From NCBI GenBank assembly GCA_026982395.1, contig JALSHD010000100.1, positions 27-64,026 on the forward strand: a stretch of DNA of 64,000 nucleotides. Direction: 5' to 3'. The notes beneath the pieces are model-generated. The model was not told the DNA's origin and searched no databases. It saw only the letters and a list, made by a program, of their open reading frames with translations. Positions 49,850 to 59,986 of this stretch are shown here, in pieces. How positions within the stretch are numbered: position 1 is the first letter of the stretch; the number at the start of each line of letters is the position of its first letter. This DNA is from Chromatiales bacterium (lineage in GTDB: Bacteria > Pseudomonadota > Gammaproteobacteria > Thiohalospirales > Thiohalospiraceae). The position numbers and the translations under genes were made by a program.

Positions 49850-51331
49850 TTATGCCAACCGTTTGCGTTCGTTAGACGGTGGAATATTCATTATTTCCCG
49901 GTATTTGGCGACGGTTCGCCGTGCGACTTTGATTCCCCGATCCGAAAGGATTTCGGCAATTTTGCTGTCGCTAAGGGGTTTTTTGGGTTCTTCATCGAGA
50001 ATAAGCTTCTTGATATGCGCCTGGATGGCAGTAGATGATGCTTCGCCACCACCACTGGTTTTGACGTGGCTGGAGAAAAAATATTTCAGTTCAAAGATGC
50101 CACGGGGAGTGTGAATGTATTTTCGGGTTGTAACGCGCGAAATAGTGGATTCGTGCATTTCAACCGCTTCTGCGATATCGTGCAGCACCATCGGTTTCAT
50201 GGCCGTTTCACCATGCTCGAGAAAATCACGCTGACGCTCGACAATGGTGCTTGCGACCTTGAGCAGGGTTTCGCTGCGGCTCTGCAGGCTTTTCAGAAAC
50301 CAGCGCGCCTCCTGGAGATGGTTTTTAAGGCAGGTGTTATCGGCGGTGTTGTCTCCGCGGCGAATCATCTTGGCGTAGTGGGCGTTGATGCCCAGGCGGG
50401 GCGTGTTCTCCGGGTTCAGCTCTACACGCCAGTTTCCCTTGACCTTGGTAACGAAAACATCAGGCACGATATATTCCGGATTGCTGCTGGAAATATGCCC
50501 ACCGGGCCGGGGGTTGAGTGATTGTATAAGTTGGATGACCTGCTGAAGGCTTTCTTCGTCAAGCTGGCTGCGCCGCATCAGTTGTGTATAGTCTCTTTTT
50601 GCCAGAAGGTTGAAATGCCGCTGGATAATGGTTTTGGCCTCGTTGAGCCAAGGGGCATCGGTGGGTAGTTGCTGCAGCTGCAGTATCAGGCTTTCCTGAA
50701 GGTCTCTCGCGGCCACACCGGGGGGATCGAAGTGATGAATCCGGCGCAGTACGGCGCCCAACTCATCGCTCTCCAGTTCGGGAAGATCGCTAATCAGCAG
50801 CTGATGAATTTCTTCCAGCGAGGTGGTCAGATAACCGTCTTCATTGATTGCGTCGATAATTGCTTCGGCGATAATCTGGTCGGTTTCGCTGAAGTTGCTC
50901 ATCTGCACCTGCCAGCGCAGGTGTTCGCCCAGGTCTTCGGTGGTGGTGCCTTGAAATTCAAACTCCCGGCCATCATCGGAGCCGCTTCTGCCGCCAGGGG
51001 TAAATCCAGGCTCGTAAACATCCTCCCAACGGGTGTCCACCGGTAGTTCGGTGGGGATGTTTTCGTTCTGTTTGTCAATGTCCAGAGCTTGCATGTCGGT
51101 GTCGGCAGTGCTGGTAGCGGATTCCGGTTGCTGATTTTCTGGTTCGGCCTTGCTGCTGTGGCTGGCTTCGCCGTTTTCTTCTTGCCGTTCCAGCATGACA
51201 TTGGATTCCAGTGCCTGCTGGATCTCCGCCTGTAACTCCACGGATGACAGCTGCAGCAGGCGTATCGCCTGCTGCAGCTGTGGCGTCATGGTCAGTTGTT
51301 GTCCGAGACGTAGCTGTAAAGTCTGTTTCAT
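49850..51331 (-). CDS. rpoN: RNA polymerase sigma-54 factor
   Basis: 493 aa. N-terminal Gln/Leu-rich region I ([25 protein letters not shown]), acidic region II, and the RpoN box ARRTVAKYR. Confidence 0.95.
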   Translation of the reverse strand: MKQTLQLRLGQQLTMTPQLQQAIRLLQLSSVELQAEIQQALESNVMLERQEENGEASHSSKAEPENQQPESATSTADTDMQALDIDKQNENIPTELPVDTRWEDVYEPGFTPGGRSGSDDGREFEFQGTTTEDLGEHLRWQVQMSNFSETDQIIAEAIIDAINEDGYLTTSLEEIHQLLISDLPELESDELGAVLRRIHHFDPPGVAARDLQESLILQLQQLPTDAPWLNEAKTIIQRHFNLLAKRDYTQLMRRSQLDEESLQQVIQLIQSLNPRPGGHISSSNPEYIVPDVFVTKVKGNWRVELNPENTPRLGINAHYAKMIRRGDNTADNTCLKNHLQEARWFLKSLQSRSETLLKVASTIVERQRDFLEHGETAMKPMVLHDIAEAVEMHESTISRVTTRKYIHTPRGIFELKYFFSSHVKTSGGGEASSTAIQAHIKKLILDEEPKKPLSDSKIAEILSDRGIKVARRTVAKYREIMNIPPSNERKRLA

Positions 51332-51406
51332 TTAGCGCAAATGCCGAGGAGTGTATATAAGTGATTTTACCCCAGGAGTCTGTTCGAGAATAGAGAGAAT
51401 CTTGTT

Positions 51407-51492
51407 AAACTCCCGTTTTCTGCCTTGATCTGCCAGTTCCATAAGCAACCGGAGCAGTCACACAACATATTCACTTCTCGCAGAGTAGTTAC
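51407..51492. repeat. Half copy (right arm) of the family-1 element
   Basis: ...TGCCTTGATCTGCC...GGAGCAGTCACACAAC...CTCGCAGAGTAGTTAC aligns to the right half of copies 1 and 2 (GCCTTGATCTGACG...TGAGCAGTTACACAAC...CTCGCTGAGTAGTTAC). No left arm is present. Confidence 0.6.
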
Positions 51493-51569
51493 AAATCGCT
51501 TTGGCCTGTTTGGCCGGTTGTTTTCATTGGGTAATATATTTTATAACGGCTTTCCGGCCATAAGTTAAA

Positions 51570-51804
51570 GGGCGCCTCCAGAAATGTATTTTTTCCGCGA
51601 TAGCGGCGTCAGCTCTGTGCCGGAATCCTCATGCACTTCTCATCCGCAGCGGTTCTCGGTAATTGCTCCATGCATTGCTCTCGACTCTGGTTTCCTGCTT
51701 CGTTCTACCTCGTCCATCCTTGGACTCGTACTTCCTGCGTCTATGCGGTCGTGTGCGCGGAGCCTTCTTGCTCTTGCAAAAAAACACTGTTTTTTTAGGC
51801 GTCC
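51570..51804 (+). mobile_element. 235-bp MITE-like element, family 2, copy B
   Basis: Same length as copy A, with 48 mismatches and no indels over the 228 positions I aligned. TIRs GGGCGCCT... / ...AGGCGTCC. TAAA direct repeat on both flanks (51566-51569, 51805-51808). Confidence 0.8.
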
Positions 51805-52547
51805 TAAAGTGTAAACTTGTCTCCGAGATAGACCTCCCGTACCTGCCGGTTTTCAAGCAGTTCCTCAGGTGAGCCTCTGGCGATTACCTTGCCGGCGCTG
51901 ATGATGTAGGCCCGTTCACAGATTCCCAGTGTTTCACGTACGTTGTGATCGGTTATCAAAACTCCGATTCCGCGTTCACTCAACTGCCGGATGATGCCCT
52001 GAATGTCCAGTACGGAAATCGGATCCACTCCGGCGAACGGTTCGTCCAGCAGGATGAAGCGGGGTTCGGTGGCCAGTGCCCGGGCGATCTCTACCCGGCG
52101 TCGCTCGCCGCCTGACAGGCTGATGCCCGCTATTTCGCGCAGGTGGCTGATATGAAAGTCCTGTAGCAGCTGCTCCAGAAGCTGTTGGCGCTGTTCATGG
52201 CTCAGCTCCTTGCGCGTTTGCAGGATTGCCAGGATGTTCTCCTCCACTGTGAGTTTACGGAATACGGAGGCCTCCTGAGGCAGATAACCGATCCCGAGCC
52301 GGGCGCGAATATGCATCGGGTAGGCAGTGATATCCTGATCATCCAGCGTGATGCGTCCTTTATCGCAGGGAATCAGGCCGACAATCATGTAAAAACTGGT
52401 GGTTTTGCCGGCACCGTTAGGACCAAGCAGTCCGACTATTTCGCCGCTGTTGACCTCGAGGGAGAAGCCGTTGACGACCTGTCGGTCACGGTATTGCTTT
52501 ACCAGATCCCGTGCGCTGAGAGAGTGGGTTGTTGCCGGTCTGTTCAT
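51804..52547 (-). CDS. lptB: LPS export ABC transporter ATP-binding protein LptB
   Basis: 247 aa. Walker [10 protein letters not shown], signature [15 protein letters not shown], Walker B ILLDEP. Synteny lptC-lptA-lptB. Confidence 0.95.
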   Translation of the reverse strand: MNRPATTHSLSARDLVKQYRDRQVVNGFSLEVNSGEIVGLLGPNGAGKTTSFYMIVGLIPCDKGRITLDDQDITAYPMHIRARLGIGYLPQEASVFRKLTVEENILAILQTRKELSHEQRQQLLEQLLQDFHISHLREIAGISLSGGERRRVEIARALATEPRFILLDEPFAGVDPISVLDIQGIIRQLSERGIGVLITDHNVRETLGICERAYIISAGKVIARGSPEELLENRQVREVYLGDKFTL

Positions 52548-53032
52548 TTGTCGTTTTCATCGGGATAGATAATGGCGTGTACCCGCTGTTTGCCACTGTC
52601 GTTGCTGTCGGCCTGCACCTTGTCGCTGCGAATGTGGTAGATGATGCGTTCACCGCTGAAGCGGTTTTTGTCATGCCACAAACGCGCTTTTCCTGTCATG
52701 CGCAGCTCTTCTTTGGCGGCAAAATACTCAATTTTTTCCGCTTCTGCACGAATCTCTCCGCCTTGGGGTGTTTTTTGCGAATAGCGTGCAGGATGGCCTT
52801 CGGCAACGGTCCGCTCCAGGCGCTTGTCGGTCCGGTAGAGTGTTATCTTGTTGGCAGTGATGGACAGTGTGCCGCGTTGCAACCGGACATCGCCCAGGAA
52901 AAAGCTGGTTCCGCTGCGCTGGTCGAATTCTGCCTGATCGGCTTCTATATCGATGGGTTCACTGGCCATTGCGGTGGCGAATGCCAGAAACAACAGGGAG
53001 GCGATAATCCGGTCAGGATGGTGGCGGCACAT
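52544..53032 (-). CDS. lptA: LPS transport periplasmic protein LptA
   Basis: 162 aa. Signal peptide and OstA-like beta-jellyroll repeats ([12 protein letters not shown]...). Confidence 0.85.
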   Translation of the reverse strand: MCRHHPDRIIASLLFLAFATAMASEPIDIEADQAEFDQRSGTSFFLGDVRLQRGTLSITANKITLYRTDKRLERTVAEGHPARYSQKTPQGGEIRAEAEKIEYFAAKEELRMTGKARLWHDKNRFSGERIIYHIRSDKVQADSNDSGKQRVHAIIYPDENDK

Positions 53033-53621
53033 AATATCTTCCCCGGGTTTGATGCAGGAAATTGAGTTTGTCTTGCGTCAGATCTACCCTGAAACCGATG
53101 GCGTTAACCGTAGAGTCATCTGTTTTCATTGTCACTTCCGCAGCTGTTTCGGCCCGCCTCAGATCGGGGAGAAGCAACAGATCGACTGTCTTTATCCGCA
53201 ATGTGTTGTCGCTGGATTCCGAATATTGTTCCAGAAGCACCTGTCCTTCCATCATGACCTGTTTTCCTTGTTCGGTGACTCTGGCCTGTTCCCCAGTTAC
53301 CTTCCAGGAGGAGTGGTTTTCGTTATGAAAAAGCAGCTGTGGCTGAATCAATGTTACTGTTTCCCGTCCAGACGTATATTCCATATAGCTTGATTTAATG
53401 AAGTAGCGGGGTGCTCCGTCAGTGCCGGTAACGGTGACGGTAAAATTTTTAAGGTAGTAGTCAGGTCCCGAACCGGTTTTGGTGACGGGGGTTGCAGCAG
53501 GCTTGGTGTGCCACTGCATCCAGAGACTGATTGTTGCCAGAGTGATCAGTAACGTGAGCAGGAGTAGTGTCCTGTAGCCGTAGTGGCTGGTTATGCCTGC
53601 CAGGGTTTGTTGCAGATTCAT
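53013..53621 (-). CDS. lptC: LPS export system protein LptC
   Basis: 202 aa with a single N-terminal TM anchor. Position between kdsC and lptA. Confidence 0.8.
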   Translation of the reverse strand: MNLQQTLAGITSHYGYRTLLLLTLLITLATISLWMQWHTKPAATPVTKTGSGPDYYLKNFTVTVTGTDGAPRYFIKSSYMEYTSGRETVTLIQPQLLFHNENHSSWKVTGEQARVTEQGKQVMMEGQVLLEQYSESSDNTLRIKTVDLLLLPDLRRAETAAEVTMKTDDSTVNAIGFRVDLTQDKLNFLHQTRGRYYVPPPS

Positions 53622-53624
53622 TTT

Positions 53625-54149
53625 TCAGTCAAGATAGCGGGTCAGCTGGTCGTCCAGCGTTCCTTGTGCACGCATGACCAGCTCACATAGGTCCCGCGCT
53701 GCGCCACGGCCTCCGCCATTAGGTGTGCACCAGTGGGCATGCTCCTTGACCAGCGGATGTGCGTCCTGCACCGCGACAGCCAGTCCGGCGCGGCGCATCA
53801 CGGGCAGGTCAACCACGTCGTCTCCCGCGTAGGCGGCATGGTCGGGAGTGATATCGAGTTTCCGGATCAGCTCTTCAAAAGCCGGCAACTTGTCCAGCTG
53901 TCCCTGGTAGATATGCCGGATCCCCAGGTTGTCCATGCGGTGTTGGACTACCCGGGAGGTGCGGCCGGTTATGATGGCGATATCCACGCCACTGGCCTGC
54001 AGCATTTTCATGCCGTGTCCGTCCCGGGAGTGGAATGCCTTGTACTCCTGCCCATCATCGCCGAGAAATAGCGCGCCGTCGGTTAGTACACCGTCAACAT
54101 CGAAAACCACCAGTTTGATGGCGGCCGCCTTTTCCAGAATATCCTGCAT
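53625..54149 (-). CDS. kdsC: 3-deoxy-D-manno-octulosonate 8-phosphate phosphatase
   Basis: Start chosen at MQDILEKAAAIKLVVFDVDGVLTDG (HAD motif I DVDG). The ORF extends to 54194 and would overlap kdsD. Confidence 0.9.
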   Translation of the reverse strand: MQDILEKAAAIKLVVFDVDGVLTDGALFLGDDGQEYKAFHSRDGHGMKMLQASGVDIAIITGRTSRVVQHRMDNLGIRHIYQGQLDKLPAFEELIRKLDITPDHAAYAGDDVVDLPVMRRAGLAVAVQDAHPLVKEHAHWCTPNGGGRGAARDLCELVMRAQGTLDDQLTRYLD

Positions 54150-54165
54150 GGTATCTCCCCCGCTG

Positions 54166-55140
54166 TTAAACAACTCCGGCGCGTAACAGATCATGCATAT
54201 TGAATGCGCCGATCAGTCTGCCATATTCATCCACCACAGGCAGCGCATTGATTTTGCTGGATTCCATTATCTGCAATGCCTCTGCCGCCAGTATATCAGG
54301 GTGAACCGTCTTGCCGCTGGGTGTCATCACCTCGCCGATGGGAATAGTGCGCACGTCCACCTGTTCGTGTTCGAAAACACGGCGCAGATCACCGTCGGTG
54401 AAAATCCCCTGAATTTTTTTGTCCTGATCGATGATAGCGACAAATCCCAGTCTTTTCTTGCTCATTTCCACCAGAGCTTCGCTGAGAGGGACTGCTTCAT
54501 GCACTTGGGGAATGTCTGCTCCCGTATGCATGATATCGGAAATCAGCAGCAGCAGGCGCCGGCCCAGACGGCCACCGGGATGGGTTCGGGCAAAGTCATC
54601 TGCAGTGAAACCCCGCGCCTCCAGCAGTGAGACCGCCAGTGCATCGCCCATTGCCAGAGCGGCGGTAGTGCTGGAGGTGGGTGCCAGTCCCAACGGGCAT
54701 GCTTCCTGGGAGATGCTCACATCAATATTGATATCGGCTGCCTGGGCGAGGCGGGAGCGTGGGTTACCGGTCAGGGTGATGAGCGGTACGTGCAGCCGCT
54801 TGATAAGGGGTAAAATGGTGAGCAATTCATCGGTTTCGCCCGAGTTGGACAGAGCAATGACAACATCCTGTGCGGTGAACATGCCCAGATCACCATGGCT
54901 GGCTTCACCGGGATGTACAAAAAACGAGGGGCTGCCGGTGCTGGCCAGGGTTGCTGCAATCTTGCTGCCGATATGGCCCGATTTACCCATCCCAGTGACC
55001 ACGATGCGTCCGGTACACTCAAGCATGTATTGACAGGCGCGGGCGAAACTTTCGTCGACACGCGGAATCAGTTCACTGATTGCCTGGGCTTCCACCTCCA
55101 GTACCGCGCGCCCAAGCTGCTGCAGTTTTTTTGTGCTCAT
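54166..55140 (-). CDS. kdsD: Arabinose-5-phosphate isomerase
   Basis: 324 aa. SIS domain (VVTGMGKSGHIG) plus tandem CBS domains. Confidence 0.95.
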   Translation of the reverse strand: MSTKKLQQLGRAVLEVEAQAISELIPRVDESFARACQYMLECTGRIVVTGMGKSGHIGSKIAATLASTGSPSFFVHPGEASHGDLGMFTAQDVVIALSNSGETDELLTILPLIKRLHVPLITLTGNPRSRLAQAADINIDVSISQEACPLGLAPTSSTTAALAMGDALAVSLLEARGFTADDFARTHPGGRLGRRLLLLISDIMHTGADIPQVHEAVPLSEALVEMSKKRLGFVAIIDQDKKIQGIFTDGDLRRVFEHEQVDVRTIPIGEVMTPSGKTVHPDILAAEALQIMESSKINALPVVDEYGRLIGAFNMHDLLRAGVV

Positions 55141-55346
55141 CCGGTTTCCGTTTCAGGGTAACCCAGCCCGGCCAGTCTGTCGGCCAGAGCCTTGCGGCTG
55201 ATTCCATCACCCTCGACGATAACGCAGCCATCCTCGACGGTAACCGTTACCTTGTCCACCTGGGGCAGGGCAGTCAACCTGTCGACGATCGCCTTGACAC
55301 AACCGCCGCATTTTACGTTTTTCACTTTGAATTGTTCGGTCATCAT
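55137..55346 (-). CDS. Heavy-metal-associated (HMA) domain protein, CopZ-like
   Basis: 69 aa. FKVKNVKCGGCVKAIVDRL has CXXC in the HMA position. Its stop overlaps the kdsD start (ATGA). Confidence 0.7.
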   Translation of the reverse strand: MMTEQFKVKNVKCGGCVKAIVDRLTALPQVDKVTVTVEDGCVIVEGDGISRKALADRLAGLGYPETETG

Positions 55347-55402
55347 GGTTACCTTCCTGATTTTGTTACTCCGTAATAGTAATAACGGATGATACCGCAG
55401 GA

Positions 55403-56380
55403 TTATCCCGATGAGCTGGCGCCCAGTCCGAGCACCGCGAGATAACCAAAATAGGCTGTCAGCAACAGTCCCCCTTCGAGGCGATTGAGAGAGCCGGGTT
55501 TGCGAAAGCCGTATGCCATGGCAAACAGGGCGATGGATAGTCCGAGCATGACGGGAAAATCCCTGCCCAGCACGTCGCCATCGACCACCGAAGGGAAGAT
55601 AATCCCGGAAATACCGAGCACGCCCAATATGTTGAAGATGTTGGAACCGATGACATTACCGATGGCGATATCATGTTCACCCTTTATTGCGCTCATGATG
55701 GAGGCGGCCAGTTCGGGCAGGCTGGTGCCGATGGCGATGATGGTCAGTCCGATAACCAGGTCGCTTACTCCGAATGTACGGGCAATTTCCACCGCCCCCC
55801 ACACCACCATGCGGGAGCTGATCAGCAGAACGGCCAGGCCGATGGCCAGCCACAGCAGGGCTTTTCCGGTGGACATTGCTGGCGGCAGTTCTGCCTCGAA
55901 TTCCGCTGCCATGGGATCCAGTCCGTCCTGTTCACGGCGACCCATGCGAACCATCCAGTACAGAACCAGGCAGAGGCCGGACATGAGCAGCAGGCCGTCC
56001 AGGAACCCCAGGGTGTCATCCATGATCAGGAGCAGCGCGAATATCATGGCGATAAACATGATCGGGTACTCCCGCTGCAGGGTTCCGGAGTGCACCTGCA
56101 GCGGTCTTATCAGTACGGTGGCGCCCAATACCAGTCCCATGTTGGCGATGTTGGAGCCCAGTGCGTTACCGATGGCGATGCCGGGGTTTTCGTCCCATGC
56201 CGACATGGCCGAGATCAGCATCTCCGGTGCTGAAGTGCCAAAGCCGACGATAGTGAGGCCAATAACCAGCGGTGAGATGCCCATGTTGCGGGCGGTGGCT
56301 GCGGCGCCATCCACGAAGCGATCGGCACCCCAGACCAGCAGCACGAATCCGGCCAGTACGGCGAGATAGGAAATAAGCAT
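55403..56380 (-). CDS. yrbG: Ca2+/Na+ antiporter (CaCA family, YrbG-like)
   Basis: 325 aa. Two alpha-repeat motifs (GTSAPE, GTSLPE). Synteny next to kdsD. Confidence 0.9.
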   Translation of the reverse strand: MLISYLAVLAGFVLLVWGADRFVDGAAATARNMGISPLVIGLTIVGFGTSAPEMLISAMSAWDENPGIAIGNALGSNIANMGLVLGATVLIRPLQVHSGTLQREYPIMFIAMIFALLLIMDDTLGFLDGLLLMSGLCLVLYWMVRMGRREQDGLDPMAAEFEAELPPAMSTGKALLWLAIGLAVLLISSRMVVWGAVEIARTFGVSDLVIGLTIIAIGTSLPELAASIMSAIKGEHDIAIGNVIGSNIFNILGVLGISGIIFPSVVDGDVLGRDFPVMLGLSIALFAMAYGFRKPGSLNRLEGGLLLTAYFGYLAVLGLGASSSG

Positions 56381-56383
56381 GGA

Positions 56384-57151
56384 CTATTCAAATTCCTCGT
56401 CATCAAACAGGAAGTCATCTTCCTGACCCAGCGGCGGATTGCCGTCAAATACCTGGTTTCTGCGTTGCTGTAGATAAGCATCCCGCAGGAAGGCGTATGG
56501 ATCGAAAGTTGACTGCTCCAGAATTCGGCTGGCGGAGAGCAGATCAGCGCGTGTATCGATGACCTCCAGCGCAAAAAGGCCGTACCGGGTCTGTTGATCG
56601 CTGACATAGGTATAGGGTTCAGTGAAATAATCACCTCCCAGTCCAAGACTGTCCCGCAGGGTACTCGGCCCCCAGAAAGGCAGTACGATATAGGGGCCTG
56701 GGGCAACTCCCCAGTATCCCAGCGTCTGACCAAAATCTTCGTCATTTTTGGTCAGATTGAAAGCGGTTGCCACATCAACCAGGCCAAACAGTCCCAGTGA
56801 AGTGTTAATGGTGATTCGGCCGAGATCCGACAAGGCTGCTTCCGCCTTGAACTGCAGCAGGTTATTTATCAGCGTGGTTACATCGTCGAGGTTGTTGAAA
56901 AAGTTGGTAACCCCCTTGTCCACAAAATCGGGGGTGATGGCTTGGTAGCCCCTGGCGACCGGTTTCATCGCATAGGTGTCGATTTTTTCGTTGAAGGAGT
57001 ACATGACGCGGTTGTACCGCTCCAGCGGATCGCTCATTTCAAGGTTTCCGGATGTGCTGGCGCAACCGGTCAGCAACAGGAGCTGCGCCAGCATGGCCAG
57101 GAGAAGAGAGCGGCGAACAGATGGATTTATGTGCACTTTTTGCAACAACAT
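56384..57151 (-). CDS. mlaA: Phospholipid-trafficking outer-membrane lipoprotein MlaA (VacJ)
   Basis: 255 aa. Lipobox LLLTGC. DPLERYNRVMYSFN is a typical MlaA motif. Confidence 0.9.
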   Translation of the reverse strand: MLLQKVHINPSVRRSLLLAMLAQLLLLTGCASTSGNLEMSDPLERYNRVMYSFNEKIDTYAMKPVARGYQAITPDFVDKGVTNFFNNLDDVTTLINNLLQFKAEAALSDLGRITINTSLGLFGLVDVATAFNLTKNDEDFGQTLGYWGVAPGPYIVLPFWGPSTLRDSLGLGGDYFTEPYTYVSDQQTRYGLFALEVIDTRADLLSASRILEQSTFDPYAFLRDAYLQQRRNQVFDGNPPLGQEDDFLFDDEEFE

Positions 57152-57279
57152 TCCAGAATTAGATGATGAAAAGGGAGCATTCTATCCAAATTAAGGTGTT
57201 GTCAGCCAGTGGTTATTTTGAACACGGCGTGAATCTGCGTACAATGCCGGATTCTGGTTGGTTGCGAATGGTTGGCAGT

Positions 57280-58095
57280 ATGTTGGATGGATCGTCGCTG
57301 GTGGAGATTCGGGGGCTTCGTTTCGGATATTCGGGGCGAATGATCTTCAACGAGGTTGATATCGATATTCAGCGTGGCAAGGTAACGGCAATCATGGGGC
57401 CGAGCGGAACAGGGAAAACCACCCTGTTGCGCCTTATCGGCGGGCAGGAGTACCCTTCTTCAGGCACCATACGGGTTGACGGTGCAAACGTTCCGGAGCT
57501 CTCTCGCAATAATCTCTATCAGCTGCGCAAGCGAATGGGAATGCTGTTTCAGAGCGGCGCGCTGTTGACTGATCTGAATGTATTCGACAACGTTGCTTTT
57601 CCCTTGCGGGAGCATACCGACCTGCCGGAGATGATGATTCGTGATCTGGTGCTGATAAAACTTCAGGCAGTAGGGTTGCGTGGTGCGCGGGATCTGATGC
57701 CCTCGGCCCTGTCCGGCGGAATGGCGCGCCGGGTTGCCCTGGCGCGGGCTATTGCGCTCGATCCGATGATGATGATGTATGACGAACCTTTCTCCGGTCA
57801 GGATCCCATCTCCATGGGGGTGCTGGTCAAGTTGATCCGTGAACTGAATGACGCTCTGGGGATGACTACTATTATCGTTTCGCATGATGTAAATGAAACC
57901 GCGAGCATTGCAGACTACCTCTACCTGTTGTCGGAAGGGAAGGTGGTGGAACATGGAACTCCGGAACGTCTGCGCCAGTCCGGTTCGGAGTGGACCCGCC
58001 AGTTCCTGGAAGGGCTGCCCGATGGACCGGTGCCGTTCCATTACCCGGCCCCGGATTTTGCGGAGGAACTCCTGCAGGTCTCCGCTTCACAGTGA
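57280..58095 (+). CDS. mlaF: Phospholipid ABC transporter ATP-binding protein MlaF
   Basis: Start chosen at MLDGSSLVEIRGL; the ORF extends to 57163. Walker A GPSGTGKTT, signature LSGGMARRVALARA. Confidence 0.9.
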   Translation: MLDGSSLVEIRGLRFGYSGRMIFNEVDIDIQRGKVTAIMGPSGTGKTTLLRLIGGQEYPSSGTIRVDGANVPELSRNNLYQLRKRMGMLFQSGALLTDLNVFDNVAFPLREHTDLPEMMIRDLVLIKLQAVGLRGARDLMPSALSGGMARRVALARAIALDPMMMMYDEPFSGQDPISMGVLVKLIRELNDALGMTTIIVSHDVNETASIADYLYLLSEGKVVEHGTPERLRQSGSEWTRQFLEGLPDGPVPFHYPAPDFAEELLQVSASQ

Positions 58096-58116
58096 GAGTT
58101 GCAAATTAGTCCAGCC

Positions 58117-58902
58117 ATGATAACGCAGTTGCAGCATTTGGGGGCATGGGCCCTGAAACGTTTTGAACGGCTTGGCCGTAGCCATCTGTTTCTTTTCCAT
58201 GTTTCGGCAGGGTTAGGTGAGCTGCTGACGCGGCCTGGGCTGGTTATCCAGCAGATATTTGCCATTGGTGTGTTGTCACTGCCCATTATCCTGGTGGCGG
58301 GGCTGTTCGTCGGCATGGTGCTGGCGTTGCAACTATACAACACTATGGTAAATTTTGGCGCGGAACAATCACTGGGGCCGGTTGTGGCGCTTAGCCTGGT
58401 GCGTGAGCTGGGTCCAGTGGTAACGGCTCTGCTGTTTGCCGGACGGGCGGGTTCTGCACTGGCGGCGGAGATCGGTCTGATGAAGGCCACTGAACAGCTA
58501 TCCAGTATGGAAATGATGGCGGTGGATCCGATGCGGCGGATTATTGCACCGCGCTTGGTTGGTGGAGCCCTCTCTCTGCCGCTGCTTGCCGCCATGTTCA
58601 GCGCAATCGGAGTCAGTGGCGGTTTTATGGTGGCTACCGGTTTGCTGGGCGTGGACAGCAATGCCTACTGGTCTCAGATGCAGGCCAACGTCGATCTGTT
58701 CGATGATATAGCCAACGGCGTAATCAAGAGTATCGTATTCGGCGTTGTTGTAACCTGGATTGCCGTATTTGAAGGGTATGATGCCGCGCCCACCTCCGAG
58801 GGCGTGGCGCGGGCAACAACCCGTACGGTAGTAAACGGTTCGCTGGCCGTATTGGGCCTGGATTTTATTCTGACCGCATTGATGTTTGGAGATAATGGAT
58901 GA
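58117..58902 (+). CDS. mlaE: Phospholipid ABC transporter permease MlaE
   Basis: An ATG at 58117 gives MITQLQHLG, collinear with E. coli MlaE as I recall it. Conserved LVRELGPVVTALLFAGRAGSALAAEIG. The ORF track starts at a TTG at 58099. Confidence 0.9.
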   Translation: MITQLQHLGAWALKRFERLGRSHLFLFHVSAGLGELLTRPGLVIQQIFAIGVLSLPIILVAGLFVGMVLALQLYNTMVNFGAEQSLGPVVALSLVRELGPVVTALLFAGRAGSALAAEIGLMKATEQLSSMEMMAVDPMRRIIAPRLVGGALSLPLLAAMFSAIGVSGGFMVATGLLGVDSNAYWSQMQANVDLFDDIANGVIKSIVFGVVVTWIAVFEGYDAAPTSEGVARATTRTVVNGSLAVLGLDFILTALMFGDNG

Positions 58903-59372
58903 GGCAGTCAAGAGCTGTAGAGATCTGGGTAGGTGTGTTTGTGGCACTGGGTTTTTCCGCGTTGCTGATGCTGGCGATGAAAGTCAGTAGTATCACCAGT
59001 TATATCGACAACAAGGGCTACCAGATCAGCGCTGCTTTCGAGAATATCGGCGGGCTGACCGTTCGGGCGCCGGTACGGATAGCCGGGGTGCGTATCGGGC
59101 GGGTGAGTGATATCCGCTTTGACAGCGACACTTTCCAAGCCATCGTATCAATGCGTATCGACGCTCAGTACAACCACCTGCCGCTGGACAGTTCTGCCAG
59201 TATTCTTACCGATGGGTTGTTGGGTGAAAACTACATCGGCCTGGAACCTGGAGGTGACGAAGAGAGTCTGAAAGAGGGTGATCGTATTGAGATTACCCAG
59301 TCCGCATTGGTGCTGGAGAAACTTATCGGCCAGTTTTTGTTCAGCCGTTCGCAGGGGGGGGCAAGTAAGTGA
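58899..59372 (+). CDS. mlaD: MCE-domain protein MlaD
   Basis: 157 aa with an N-terminal TM and an MCE domain (GGLTVRAPVRIAGVRIGRV). Confidence 0.9.
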   Translation: MRQSRAVEIWVGVFVALGFSALLMLAMKVSSITSYIDNKGYQISAAFENIGGLTVRAPVRIAGVRIGRVSDIRFDSDTFQAIVSMRIDAQYNHLPLDSSASILTDGLLGENYIGLEPGGDEESLKEGDRIEITQSALVLEKLIGQFLFSRSQGGASK

Positions 59373-59986
59373 GACGTTGCATTTTGTTTTTGGGGTTGAT
59401 GTTGTTGCTATGGGGTGTTGCCGCTGCAGCAGAAACAGCCGCTACGGATCCGCATGCCCTGGTGAAGAATACCTCGGAGCGCATGCTCTCCATCTTGCGC
59501 GATCAGCGCGAGCGACTGAAAAAAAAACCGGAGCTTATCTACGGTCTGGTTGATCAGGTTGTCATTCCTCATTTTGACTTCACACGCATGTCCCGTTGGG
59601 TGCTGGGCAAATACTGGCGGCAGGCGACACCGGAACAGCGAGAGCGTTTTGCAACCGAGTTTCGTACGTTGCTGGTGAAGACCTATGCTACTTCATTGCT
59701 GGAGTTTATCGATGATCAGTTCAAATACCCTCCACTGCGCATGAAGCCGGACGCCAAAAGGGTAACGGTAAGGACGGATGTGATCCGGAGTGGAGCTGCC
59801 CCGGTACGGATAGAGTATCGCCTGTTCAAGGGCAAGGAGGGCTGGAAGGCCTATGACGTGCTGGTCGAGGGCATCAGTCTGGTGGCTAACTACCGCAGCT
59901 CTTTTGCTGAAGAGATCAGGCAGGGGGGGCTGGACAAACTTATCACCAGGCTTGCGGAGCACAACAACAAGGTTGGCGCCAATTGA
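59369..59986 (+). CDS. mlaC: Periplasmic phospholipid-binding protein MlaC
   Basis: 205 aa. Signal peptide and Tol-tolerance (Ttg2D) type sequence. Operon position. Confidence 0.85.
   Translation: MRRCILFLGLMLLLWGVAAAAETAATDPHALVKNTSERMLSILRDQRERLKKKPELIYGLVDQVVIPHFDFTRMSRWVLGKYWRQATPEQRERFATEFRTLLVKTYATSLLEFIDDQFKYPPLRMKPDAKRVTVRTDVIRSGAAPVRIEYRLFKGKEGWKAYDVLVEGISLVANYRSSFAEEIRQGGLDKLITRLAEHNNKVGAN

Noticed and set aside
55485-56369. 294-aa plus-strand ORF. Similar long antisense ORFs occur at 16181-16948, 13419-14240, 1017-1562, 38496-39416 and 58041-58661.
   Set aside because: All lie opposite confidently identified genes (yrbG, feoB, the dihaem protein, the lipoprotein, wzc, mlaE) and have Ser/Pro/Arg- or Gly/Ala-rich compositions without motifs.
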